This document shows, in pieces, positions 25,285 through 34,674 of a stretch of DNA of 64,000 nucleotides. Below the pieces are notes generated by a model. That model was not told the origin of the DNA. It searched no databases and saw nothing but the letters and a program-made list of their open reading frames with translations. The stretch comes from a virus. The stretch spans positions 1-64,000 of the IMG/VR virus record IMGVR_UViG_3300017963_000225; one strand, written 5' to 3'. Within the stretch, counting starts at the first letter, position 1, and each line of letters starts with the position of its first letter. The position numbers and the translations under genes are program-made.

Positions 25285-27330
25285 TTACGGCGCTGCCAAG
25301 ATGATCTGATGCTTCATGATGAGGTCGGTCACTATCGTGCTCGCGATCCCCTCCGTGCAATCAGCCCAGCCAACGAAAACTATCTCGTCGTCGCCACCAG
25401 TAAATCCGGCAGAGTTGTTGACGTAGTTTCCGTTTTCGTCGATGTAAACCTTGTCTCCTGGAGCAAAACCGCTGCCAACAAGTACTCCTGGTATGTTCCG
25501 GCCGAACATCATGACTCGGCCACTTCCCGCTGATGCGATAGCTTCGAGCGCGATGCCAAACATGTTCTTGCCAGTCGAAGCGTCCGAATCGGCCGGGAAG
25601 ATGCCGCCAGTGAGCTTGTCGATAGAAACGACCTTGCCAGCCGGAATCACGGCAACGTGGCCGTTAACCTTGATCTTGATATCGCTCAGGTTAGCCAGCG
25701 TTTCCCTGTAGACGAGTTTTCCAACCGTGAGCGTGTCGATGTGACCTTCGTTGAATCGATTCAGGGACGATCCGAGATTAAATCCAAGATCAGGTGGCAG
25801 GATGTTGCTGTCCACGGGATCGGACCACAAATTTCCAGCGCTCGGAGCAGCCGGTCCACCATAGGTGGTCCCTTCTTTGCGGATTTTTACAACGCTGCCA
25901 ATACCTGGCGGACTAAAAAAATCGACCGTCGAAATGCTGATTTTTCGATAGTGCCGATCAGCAGCGAGCGCGCCTGTTTCTGATTGATTTTGACCACGCC
26001 CATCTACACTGACAATGTTGTCTTTCTTTGTGTTATCCGTGCTGAACGTGAAGCTGGACACCGTAAACTGCGTCGTCACGCCGTCGCCAGAAAAATATTC
26101 TTCTTTTGGCTCGTTGTTTTGTAGGGCGCCGACCTCGTTGTCGAGCTTGCTTATGGCTTCAGGGTACGTGTCCGCCGAGTCAATCACAGCGGTTGACGTG
26201 TATGCCTGATAGCTGTTTTCGCCGGTGATGCCGAGACGTGTCCGCAGAGCGCTTGGCAGGTCCTGGCCGATAACCGCTGTCTCACCGCTGTCCAGCTCGG
26301 GAATATCCATCGCACCGGCAATGCGGGTGCCCTTGCGGTAGAAGAGGACGACAATACGAGGCGAGTGGCCAACATCAGTTGGATTGACGGGAACGCTCGT
26401 CAACGGCGACACGACCGGCGCTAGCGGGCCAGGACCAGTCTCGGGGATATCGACGTAGACGCACTCGCCATCGAGCAGCGTCAGGCTGTCGGCCGGCACG
26501 AGGTAGTTCTGCGCTCGGCCTGCCATGGCGATTTCAATGTCAGAGGTCCACTCTAACGTGTCCGCTCCAGCCGTCCCTTCCCACTGCACAGGCGATCCTG
26601 GCAGGAACATCAGGTTTTGATATTCCCGAAGCAGCTTCAAGCTCGACCAGGGCATGCTTTCGATAGCCTGCCCCGTCCCCTTCACCTCGCCGACGATCGC
26701 GCCGAGAAAGTCGATAAAGAGCCGCAGGTCCTTTAGGTCGTCGAAAATATCGACCCGTGAGCTGGCGGCAGGCAGGGCGATTGCACGATTCTTCCACAGA
26801 AGGTCATCAGCAGGCGTGACGCTATCGATTGATCCGGCCGACGTGACGACAATAAACAGAGGGACAGCGCCTGGCGTAAACCCGGAGGTGTTCGATTGAA
26901 CTGCGTCATCGAGACGACGACGAACATTGATGTCGTCGAAGTATTCTTCGCCGGTCAGTCCAATGTCAGTGTCCCAAAAAGCCCTTGTCTGTAAATCATC
27001 GGTAAATGAATCAACACGCACTTCGACGTAGTTGGTTGTGTTGTCGGCGAGCGTGGTGTCAAGCGTCGATCCCGGAGAATCGGGCGACTTGATGATCCAC
27101 TCTTGGTTGCTGTCGTGGAATGCGCGATTTTCGTCCTTCTTTAGCTTGAAGACGAGGCCGGCATGTGTCCCCTGCTGGTAGCGTTTGACTACTCGGCGGG
27201 CGCCATTGTCGATGTATGTTTTGACAAGAAAACGAAAATCATCGAAAGCACGGTCGAGCATCGCCCGAAAATCAGGAATATCGACGCGAATATTGCCTTC
27301 AAAATTTCCCCGCTGCCGGTCAACAGTCAT
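25285..27330 (-). CDS. Baseplate-associated structural protein
   Basis: Follows the wedge genes; GDGVTTQF module and C-terminal DUF2190-like region. Confidence 0.6.
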   Translation of the reverse strand: MTVDRQRGNFEGNIRVDIPDFRAMLDRAFDDFRFLVKTYIDNGARRVVKRYQQGTHAGLVFKLKKDENRAFHDSNQEWIIKSPDSPGSTLDTTLADNTTNYVEVRVDSFTDDLQTRAFWDTDIGLTGEEYFDDINVRRRLDDAVQSNTSGFTPGAVPLFIVVTSAGSIDSVTPADDLLWKNRAIALPAASSRVDIFDDLKDLRLFIDFLGAIVGEVKGTGQAIESMPWSSLKLLREYQNLMFLPGSPVQWEGTAGADTLEWTSDIEIAMAGRAQNYLVPADSLTLLDGECVYVDIPETGPGPLAPVVSPLTSVPVNPTDVGHSPRIVVLFYRKGTRIAGAMDIPELDSGETAVIGQDLPSALRTRLGITGENSYQAYTSTAVIDSADTYPEAISKLDNEVGALQNNEPKEEYFSGDGVTTQFTVSSFTFSTDNTKKDNIVSVDGRGQNQSETGALAADRHYRKISISTVDFFSPPGIGSVVKIRKEGTTYGGPAAPSAGNLWSDPVDSNILPPDLGFNLGSSLNRFNEGHIDTLTVGKLVYRETLANLSDIKIKVNGHVAVIPAGKVVSIDKLTGGIFPADSDASTGKNMFGIALEAIASAGSGRVMMFGRNIPGVLVGSGFAPGDKVYIDENGNYVNNSAGFTGGDDEIVFVGWADCTEGIASTIVTDLIMKHQIILAAP

Positions 27331-27345
27331 GTTCTACCTCTTGCC

Positions 27346-28707
27346 CTAAATGATGCTAAAGGTGATTCTTACGCCAGTGACCTTGACGCGCCGCAGCAGG
27401 TTGAAGAATTGATTTCTGAGCGAATCTGTATCGTTCAGAAAAAAGGCCCAATCCGTGCCATCAACATTTGGAGTTGTCTTGCGCGCCATAAGCTGAACTT
27501 TCTCGCCAACGGCGTGGTCTTCTTTGAAAACGTAATCAGGATCAATGACAATCTTAGTGTTGTCACCAAATTTACGCGAGCGAAACGGTATATCCTCGGC
27601 GTTGCCGAACGACACGTTGAGCTTAGCGGCGGCTTGATAGTCAAGCGGAAAATCAGCCGAGTTTGCCACAGTTAGCTCGGCAAACGAGCCGCCAGCGGCG
27701 ATGTTCTGCCCGAGAGTAGTCATGGTCTTTCGAGTCATATTAGGAATCGACACCGACTCCCCTGACGAATGCGGATAGACGGTCACACCTTCCAGCGTGA
27801 CGGTCGATCCAACGCGAGAAAACCCCTTCGTCTCGAAGGTCGCCCCTTCTGGATCGCCGATATACATGATTCCAATCTCTGGCACGTTCTCGTATGTCGA
27901 GCCCAAATCAAAAGACGACACCCCTGCCGCGTAGCTCCCCAGGATTTCCGATTTTTTCTGCGGGTAATACAAATATCCTGAAGGATAGTCGTCTGGATCT
28001 TGTGGACCCTCGACGGCCGCTCCAGCGGCATAGTCGTTTTTTGTTGGGCTAAAGAACGTGAGAATCGATCCGACCCTAGAAAACCCCTTAATCTCCGTCG
28101 GAGACAAAGTGATAAGCCCGCTTATTGGGACGTTCGTCGTGTCCGACAACGCGACCGACAGCGACCCCGCTAAAGCCGGTGCTGCCAGTGTGGTTGACCA
28201 CGTTAGCGCGCCGAAGCCATCGAAGTGGCCAGTGTTCTCTTGGTGAAGGTAGGTTGTCCCGTAAAGCGAGCGGGACGAAGCGATAATCAATGCGTTCGAT
28301 TTTATCTCAAGGACGATTTCATTTTTGCGGTACGAGTAAATATCGACCAGGCCAGAATCGAAAGCAGAGTCGCCAAAGAACAACTTGATGAGACGCTCGA
28401 AAATGTACTCGATGTTCTTTTGCGTGTTTGTGACGATTTTTATGAGTTCGCGATATTTCGCGTCACTCATGTTGTATCCACGCAGCCGGAATAAATCGAC
28501 GTTTACTCCGTGGACCTGGAGGTATTTCCCGGCTGCCGTGGCGAGCAGGAACTGCTTCCGGTACTCCTTTACGTCGTCAGAGGCTTGATTCATTTCGTCG
28601 CCCGTTGTCTCCAACAGGATCGAAATGCCCTGGCCGCTTTTCAGTTGATAGAAAGGTCGCGGGAAATACCGCTCTAACGCTTTCTTCTTGTCGATAAAGT
28701 CAACCAC
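27346..28707 (-). CDS. Baseplate wedge protein (gpI/gp7-like)
   Basis: FLLATAAGKYL..HG...R...MSDAKYRELI motif; immediately after the baseplate J-like gene. Confidence 0.7.
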   Translation of the reverse strand: MVDFIDKKKALERYFPRPFYQLKSGQGISILLETTGDEMNQASDDVKEYRKQFLLATAAGKYLQVHGVNVDLFRLRGYNMSDAKYRELIKIVTNTQKNIEYIFERLIKLFFGDSAFDSGLVDIYSYRKNEIVLEIKSNALIIASSRSLYGTTYLHQENTGHFDGFGALTWSTTLAAPALAGSLSVALSDTTNVPISGLITLSPTEIKGFSRVGSILTFFSPTKNDYAAGAAVEGPQDPDDYPSGYLYYPQKKSEILGSYAAGVSSFDLGSTYENVPEIGIMYIGDPEGATFETKGFSRVGSTVTLEGVTVYPHSSGESVSIPNMTRKTMTTLGQNIAAGGSFAELTVANSADFPLDYQAAAKLNVSFGNAEDIPFRSRKFGDNTKIVIDPDYVFKEDHAVGEKVQLMARKTTPNVDGTDWAFFLNDTDSLRNQFFNLLRRVKVTGVRITFSII

Positions 28708-28716
28708 GGATCACCT

Positions 28717-30351
28717 TCAGCTCAGGGTGATGTTAGCCAGCGAGGTCTTCGGAAGTATGCCGTCTGGAATAACAATGTCAGCCGCTGGCGTTGTCAATTG
28801 GAAGTCCTTGACGCCCCTTACGAACCCTAGAGCTACGATGCGGTTTTTGATGATAGAAACGCCAATGCCGAGGTTGTTAATGTAGTCGAGAATAGCCTGT
28901 TTGACTTCCGTCACAATTTCAGACAACGGCCTTGTGGTGTCGAGAATGAAGTTTCCAGCCACAGACACGTTCTGAATGGGCGGAACGCGAAGCTGCACCC
29001 AACTACCAAGCCCAACTACTCCACGGTATGTTTCGCGATCGAATCGGTCCCCGTAGAGATTATTGTTGGCTTCATGGATTAATCCAGTGTAGTAGGTCGC
29101 CTGCTCCAAAGTTATGGTGTCGCCTGCGGTCAGTGGCGAATTGAATTTTACAAGACCGTTGTCTGGCTGAACTCGGCATTGGGACAATCCGGTGCCTTGC
29201 GACATTACAACTGCGTTTTTCCGTATTTCGACGTTCGCATACACCATCGCGACATTTTCACCTGGCGACACAACGATTGGCAGGTATTGGAGAGGTATCC
29301 TCGCCTTTACTTCCCCGCCGTTGGCCGAAGCGATGAGCGTTACTGGTGCCGCCAGCGATTCTTGAGTCGGAGTGAAGCCCGATCCATCGTCAACGTAGAG
29401 GATTGACGGCAACGTAGGGTCATTGTCCTCGAAAAGCTGGACGAAGCGGATTCTTTGCCCTTCAAAACTTGTTCCGAGCAGTGACCGCACGATGGCGTCA
29501 ATGTTTGCCGAGCTTAACGACTGGCGCTCGCGACGAATTCTTGCGCGATAGTCGGCGTCCGATTCCCTGTCGATGCCGTTGGAAATCTTGACGTTGTTGA
29601 GAACCTCGGCGTCGAGGAATGGCTTCGAGCCAATAAATTTGACGATCGATGCCGAGGCGGTGTTTCCGATCGACCCCAAGGCATCAGCCTTGATATCGAC
29701 GATGCCGCTCTCTTCTCCGTCATAAATGACAATCGGCGACGTTGTTTGATATGTCTTAGCCGACTCAGTAGCGGTGGCCTGCGTGCTGACGGTGAATGGA
29801 CCAGGAAACGATCGGTCGCCAACCGTCGAGAGAACGACATCCTCGCCAGCTCCGTGGTCGAACAAGATGTTGTCCGTCAGGCTTTGGAGCTGGTTTCCGA
29901 CCTTGCTCGTGTAATCGAATGTCTCGAATACCGAACTGCCACGCAAGCCAACCAGGACCGATCCGGCGCTGGGAAAGCTGGTCGCATCGACCAAATTAAG
30001 AAAGTTGTCTCCGTTGTTAGATCCACCACCGGCAACGAAGTCCGCCACCTTAGTGATATTGGGATCGGTTACGGTGACGTTTCCAGTAGCTCGCTCAGCC
30101 GCGAAGCGTCCTTCTAGATCAGGAAATTCTGATCCCGCTTCGTCAAGGTCAGCTCCAATGGTCGTGTCAAGGCTCAACAGACCGAGAGCATTTTCCATCT
30201 CGACGTACAGCTCAAAAATTTGATCGGAAACCGCAAACAAGAAATTGTCTACGACTTCTCCGAGTGACGAGCTGGTCACAGGAGCCAATGCGAGGACATT
30301 CGCCGACATTTCGGCGTAAATTTGGCTTCTTTGCCTCGGATTGAAAACCAT
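28717..30351 (-). CDS. Baseplate J-like wedge protein
   Basis: G.DLD, ATGNVT, G..GN, NGIDRESDADYRARI, I.DYIN.LGIG. Confidence 0.9.
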   Translation of the reverse strand: MVFNPRQRSQIYAEMSANVLALAPVTSSSLGEVVDNFLFAVSDQIFELYVEMENALGLLSLDTTIGADLDEAGSEFPDLEGRFAAERATGNVTVTDPNITKVADFVAGGGSNNGDNFLNLVDATSFPSAGSVLVGLRGSSVFETFDYTSKVGNQLQSLTDNILFDHGAGEDVVLSTVGDRSFPGPFTVSTQATATESAKTYQTTSPIVIYDGEESGIVDIKADALGSIGNTASASIVKFIGSKPFLDAEVLNNVKISNGIDRESDADYRARIRRERQSLSSANIDAIVRSLLGTSFEGQRIRFVQLFEDNDPTLPSILYVDDGSGFTPTQESLAAPVTLIASANGGEVKARIPLQYLPIVVSPGENVAMVYANVEIRKNAVVMSQGTGLSQCRVQPDNGLVKFNSPLTAGDTITLEQATYYTGLIHEANNNLYGDRFDRETYRGVVGLGSWVQLRVPPIQNVSVAGNFILDTTRPLSEIVTEVKQAILDYINNLGIGVSIIKNRIVALGFVRGVKDFQLTTPAADIVIPDGILPKTSLANITLS

Positions 30352-30356
30352 GGCGT

Positions 30357-32441
30357 TTAACCTACCTTTTGTGTCTGGATGATCGGATCTTGGAGATTTT
30401 TCACAAAAACAGCCATAGTCACAAGGAGTGCTCCCTCGGATTGTTGGGCCGAAATCACCTGGCTTGCAACAATGCGACCGTCTCCAATAAACAACCCGCG
30501 TCCTTCCGCTTTTATGACCGCCTCTGTCACACCATCAGAAAGACCAATGTAATTTGAAAACCCAATACGCCTTGACCTACGATAGGTCCCCTTCTTAGAA
30601 ACCATCCGAAACCGAATGAACTGGCCGAGATTGAGTATCGAGTAGACGAGACGAATGTCGTCAGAAGTCCATTCGATATCGCCAGTTTGTTCGTTGATTA
30701 AGATGTCGTTGCCGAGCGAACGTTCAAATGGAGTCAGCGAAACAGACACGCCTGTCTCATTTCTGAAACGACGCTGCCCATCCTCGCCTGGAGGAGTGTC
30801 CTTCGGCACCGGATAGACAATCGGCTTGCCGTAAGCAATAACCGTGTCTTTTAACTCCGGGTGCGCGTCAATGTACGCCTGGTCAGCGACATACGGATAT
30901 CGCAAGTTGTTAAGCAGCACCAGCTCGACCCAGCGACCAGGATCTCCGAGAAGCTTGGCTGCGATCGTTTGGATATCATCGTTCAAACCGACGACAGCCG
31001 TCCTGAAGTCGCTGTTAGCAGGATCGATATTTGCGAGCGTGATGCCTGCGCTGACCTCCCAATTGAACTGGCTAAGTGCCGTCGAAAACTCGGGCGCAAT
31101 CAAGACAGCCGGATCAAAACTGCTCGACGGCGTAATGGCCACGGACGAGTTTGGATTTTCCTCGATGCTCGTTGCAGAGCCAACGCTGGTGTCAGACGTT
31201 TCCTGTGCTTTTGGCTTGTCGTCAGCAGCGGCGGCTTCCGAAGGCTTCGTGGTCGTGAGGCCGCCAGCGGCCTGTGCTTCGGTTGGATCGACCGGCCTGC
31301 CATCAGGCAAGCTCCACGCACTTTGTTGCCTTCGCCTTTTTTTGCGGATTTTCTTGGCGTAGTCGGAAGGCTGAATGTTGTAGAGCTTGTCCAGCTTCAG
31401 CGTAAAGACAACCGCCCGCTCAGCCTTTATGATTGCATTGACGAGGGCGCTTCCTGCTCCTGCTGCTTCCAGTGCAGCAGCAGTCGAACGCAGGTTGGCG
31501 ATGATTGACTTAGTACTATCACGCTTGAAGTTGACAAGGTTCGGCAGGCGCCTGGCTTTAAGGTCAGCGTAGGATTGTGCCAACGAGTTAAGAGGTGCCA
31601 GTGTGTTATTGGCAAATCCATCGATAACGGCACTAATTTGACCAGCGACAAGGTTGACCCTATCCACTGTTTCCGAAAGTCGTTGAGTCACCGTGTCGAA
31701 AAGTTCAAATCCAGGAATTGACCCCATGATTTGTTCAACAAGGCTCTTTGAATCACTTCCATCGTATGGGTAGAGCGTTTCAAGAACAATTGTGTAAGAA
31801 AAACTGTTGTTGTGCTCGATAGCGTCTTCTCGCACAAACTGCTTGGGCTCGACCACCCAAGCATCCTCGGTGCGACGATTGACATACACAAGAGAAAGAC
31901 CCTTCGACAAATTTCCGAATCGCTTCAGAAATTTGTATCGACGGAACAGCGTTTCGAGAAACTTGATGCTTTCTAATCCAGATCCGATGCCGCTGTCCGG
32001 CAGCCTTTCGCGCTTATTGTTTGGATAAAGCCCGCACTGTCCTTGAATCACGATGTCGTTCATGACACCGCCTTCCGAGTTAACGAGCTTGCCGCCACCC
32101 TGCGTCACATTAGTTGTGCTCGCATGAGGCTCCGTCACCGTCTCCCTCTGCGGGTTTATGTTGAACGGTATTTGCACAACGGTGTCGTTGTATTTCAGAA
32201 GGAAGAAGTAGTCGCGAGTGGACTTGTCGCGAGTGCCTTTCCACAAGCGCCGATCGGTCGGCGTCTCGCCATACTGCTTAAAGGTACTTTCCGTCTGCTT
32301 AAAGAGCTGGCTGAAGCGGTCCTGACCGAAAAGGCCGAGCACAGCGTCGGCCGTCTCGGGACTAAGGATGGCGCCGGCAGCTCCAACCGCCGTAGCGACG
32401 CCAGCCAATGCTTGAGTCGGTGTTCCTACTCCAATTGCCAT
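30357..32441 (-). CDS. Baseplate protein: tube-initiator-like N-terminus, LysM-like motif, gp25-like C-terminus
   Basis: INPQ.E...EP...T.GG...I.IQG..G; DDIQTIAAKLLGDPGRWVELVLLNNL.YPY (LysM-like); GDI....L...NL.Q....R...KG.Y...DGRI (gp25-like). Confidence 0.65.
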   Translation of the reverse strand: MAIGVGTPTQALAGVATAVGAAGAILSPETADAVLGLFGQDRFSQLFKQTESTFKQYGETPTDRRLWKGTRDKSTRDYFFLLKYNDTVVQIPFNINPQRETVTEPHASTTNVTQGGGKLVNSEGGVMNDIVIQGQCGLYPNNKRERLPDSGIGSGLESIKFLETLFRRYKFLKRFGNLSKGLSLVYVNRRTEDAWVVEPKQFVREDAIEHNNSFSYTIVLETLYPYDGSDSKSLVEQIMGSIPGFELFDTVTQRLSETVDRVNLVAGQISAVIDGFANNTLAPLNSLAQSYADLKARRLPNLVNFKRDSTKSIIANLRSTAAALEAAGAGSALVNAIIKAERAVVFTLKLDKLYNIQPSDYAKKIRKKRRRQQSAWSLPDGRPVDPTEAQAAGGLTTTKPSEAAAADDKPKAQETSDTSVGSATSIEENPNSSVAITPSSSFDPAVLIAPEFSTALSQFNWEVSAGITLANIDPANSDFRTAVVGLNDDIQTIAAKLLGDPGRWVELVLLNNLRYPYVADQAYIDAHPELKDTVIAYGKPIVYPVPKDTPPGEDGQRRFRNETGVSVSLTPFERSLGNDILINEQTGDIEWTSDDIRLVYSILNLGQFIRFRMVSKKGTYRRSRRIGFSNYIGLSDGVTEAVIKAEGRGLFIGDGRIVASQVISAQQSEGALLVTMAVFVKNLQDPIIQTQKVG

Positions 32442-32492
32442 TTCGCCATCTCCTCACACTGATTCTATATCAAGCTGTCACATTAACGAGCA

Positions 32493-32909
32493 TCATTCGA
32501 TGCTTGTTTCGATCACAATTTCTGGAAGCGGTAATCCTGGTATTTCCGGCAGCGTTGGCAGCGCGACTGAAGGCAAAGACGGGAGACTTGGAATCTCGAT
32601 GCCGAGTGGAGGAGGAAAACCAATCGACGGCAACGCCAGGGTCGGAAGCGTCACGCCAGGTATGCTTGGAAGTGACGGCAGTGATGGCAGTTGAATGCCA
32701 ATCGGAGGAGGAAATCCTATGCTCGGAAGCGCCAAGGTCGGCAACGTCACTCCGGGAATACTCGGCAAGCTTGGAAGAGATGGCAATTCGATGCCGAGCG
32801 GTGGCGGAAATGCGATGCCAGGAAGCGTCGGAATAGGTATGCGCTGCTCTAGCGAAAAGACAACGCGAGTAGCGTATTTGCCGGTAACTTTTGTGACGAG
32901 AACGCTCAT
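32493..32909 (-). CDS. Proline-rich repeat protein
   Basis: About 2.7 copies of a 32-aa unit I(A/G)FPPP(L/I)GI(E/Q)LPSLPSLPSIPGVTLPTLALPS; ATGA coupling. Confidence 0.65.
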   Translation of the reverse strand: MSVLVTKVTGKYATRVVFSLEQRIPIPTLPGIAFPPPLGIELPSLPSLPSIPGVTLPTLALPSIGFPPPIGIQLPSLPSLPSIPGVTLPTLALPSIGFPPPLGIEIPSLPSLPSVALPTLPEIPGLPLPEIVIETSIE

Positions 32910-33547
32910 TGAACGTCCGTTGTAAACATGAGCGGCGCTGGTGTTGGCGCAGAAGAATCGACGCCATCCAAATCAAACTTTAGCGCCAGGAATGCCTCGT
33001 ACAGAAGGATTGGCATTTGCGGTGGGACGCGCACAATCGGTGGAACTGCTGTCGCGAATGGATCAGGCACTGGAGGCGTCAAAATATCGCCGTATGAGCT
33101 ATTGGCAAGCGGAGCACTAAGCAATCCACTGAGAAGGTCCGCGTAAGCCGAATCAAGAGCGGCAGGATTGACGACCACTGCCGGCGGCGCCGAATAAAGG
33201 CTCGTCGGTGGGCTCGGCGGCGTCGTGATTGACGTGCCGGCAGGAATAACGAGGGTCCCGGCAAGGATGCCGGCCTTCCAGGCATCGGCCAGCTTAGTCC
33301 GGCCAGGCACTGGATCGCTCGATGCAGGAAAACCCGAGGATAGCACTGCTAGAGCTGCGGCCGTGCCAAACGTGAATATGGCCGTCCCTGGACCCGGCAA
33401 AAGGATTGGTGGCTGCTTGGGCTCAAGCTTGCCGGTCGAGTGGTCGCCCATGAAGTTGGCAATCGCCGCGCCGGCCGCCGTGCCGGTCGGATCAAGCGGC
33501 AGGTCGTCCCAATCAAGCTGGAAGGTGTCTTGAGGATCTAAGCTCAT
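32906..33547 (-). CDS. Pro-rich hypothetical baseplate-region protein
   Basis: ATGA-coupled to the spike gene. Confidence 0.55.
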   Translation of the reverse strand: MSLDPQDTFQLDWDDLPLDPTGTAAGAAIANFMGDHSTGKLEPKQPPILLPGPGTAIFTFGTAAALAVLSSGFPASSDPVPGRTKLADAWKAGILAGTLVIPAGTSITTPPSPPTSLYSAPPAVVVNPAALDSAYADLLSGLLSAPLANSSYGDILTPPVPDPFATAVPPIVRVPPQMPILLYEAFLALKFDLDGVDSSAPTPAPLMFTTDVQ

Positions 33548-34674
33548 ACGTTAGCCCTTAACAGCACGTACTCGGCCTTGACGGACGTTGCCGGCGATGC
33601 CTCGGCAAGCGCCAGCGTGCTAGGCGGCAGCGGCGGTCCGCTCGGTCCAACACCCGTAGCATGCGTGTGGCCGTCGAATACCGTCTTCAGATTCTCGTAA
33701 ACTGTCGCATGAAAAACTGCTGCCGTGCCGAGGTTGACGGTGCCGCATTCGAGCGTGCAGCTCGGTGCTGAGACGATCACATTTTTACCGGCTGTGAGCT
33801 GAAGCGTGTCGTCCTTCAGGTTGATGATGTTGGCGCCAGTCTTATCGACCAGAACGATGTCGTCTTTGAGCGTGATGAGCGATCCCTGGCTTGACGCCAC
33901 CGAAGCGGTTTTGTTGGCCGCGTCGAGGTAAACCGTGTCGCCTTCGCTGTCGGCAATCAGCACGTTGCCGTCCTTGTCCATCTTGACAAGCGACCCTTTA
34001 AGGTGAGTTATCGTCACTTCCTCGGCGCCATCGGTCATGTCAAAGACGAACAGGTGCCCGGCTTCGTCCTTATTGGTGAAGTTGAGCGCAAATTTCTTCG
34101 ACCGCTTGACCTCGGATTTGTCCTGGCCGATCACGTCGGTCGTGTCAAAGATGACATTGCCGTCTTTGTCGATTGTGAGGTTGGTGCCGTTAATTCTGAG
34201 CTTGAATTGTTTTTTATCGTCCTTCTTAGGACGCGGTGATGGACACACCCCGGCGACACCGGCCTGAAAATGAGGATAAATCGCCGTGATGATGGGACGC
34301 GCAACGTCGCCCATAAGAAACTGCACCACTGCCGTGTCGCCGTTTGTGAGCTTCCGATCCTGAATCAACTCATCGAACTCTGAATCATCGACGTTTTTAG
34401 TGCCGTCGTGTATGGGGAAATGGATGTAGTTGTCGGCGCCGCCACACGCGACCATTACCGGCACGCGCTGAAGCGTGATTCCCATTTCCTCGACAAGTAG
34501 GTCACATAAAACACGCGACCCTTCGCGATTCTCCTCATCGTCGGTGTCGTAGACTTTTACTACTTGCGCCAGTACCGGATAATGAATGCGATAGGCGCCT
34601 TCACCAGAAGTGTCACGCGGCCTGAAAACCAGCCCATCTTGTCGGATTGTTCCATCGTTAAGAATATCATTCAT
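33544..34674 (-). CDS. Baseplate central spike (gpV/gp5-like)
   Basis: N-terminal OB-fold-like region (GD..VVQF..GD..RPII), beta-helix repeats, apex FDGHTHATGVGPSGPP. Confidence 0.82.
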   Translation of the reverse strand: MNDILNDGTIRQDGLVFRPRDTSGEGAYRIHYPVLAQVVKVYDTDDEENREGSRVLCDLLVEEMGITLQRVPVMVACGGADNYIHFPIHDGTKNVDDSEFDELIQDRKLTNGDTAVVQFLMGDVARPIITAIYPHFQAGVAGVCPSPRPKKDDKKQFKLRINGTNLTIDKDGNVIFDTTDVIGQDKSEVKRSKKFALNFTNKDEAGHLFVFDMTDGAEEVTITHLKGSLVKMDKDGNVLIADSEGDTVYLDAANKTASVASSQGSLITLKDDIVLVDKTGANIINLKDDTLQLTAGKNVIVSAPSCTLECGTVNLGTAAVFHATVYENLKTVFDGHTHATGVGPSGPPLPPSTLALAEASPATSVKAEYVLLRANV

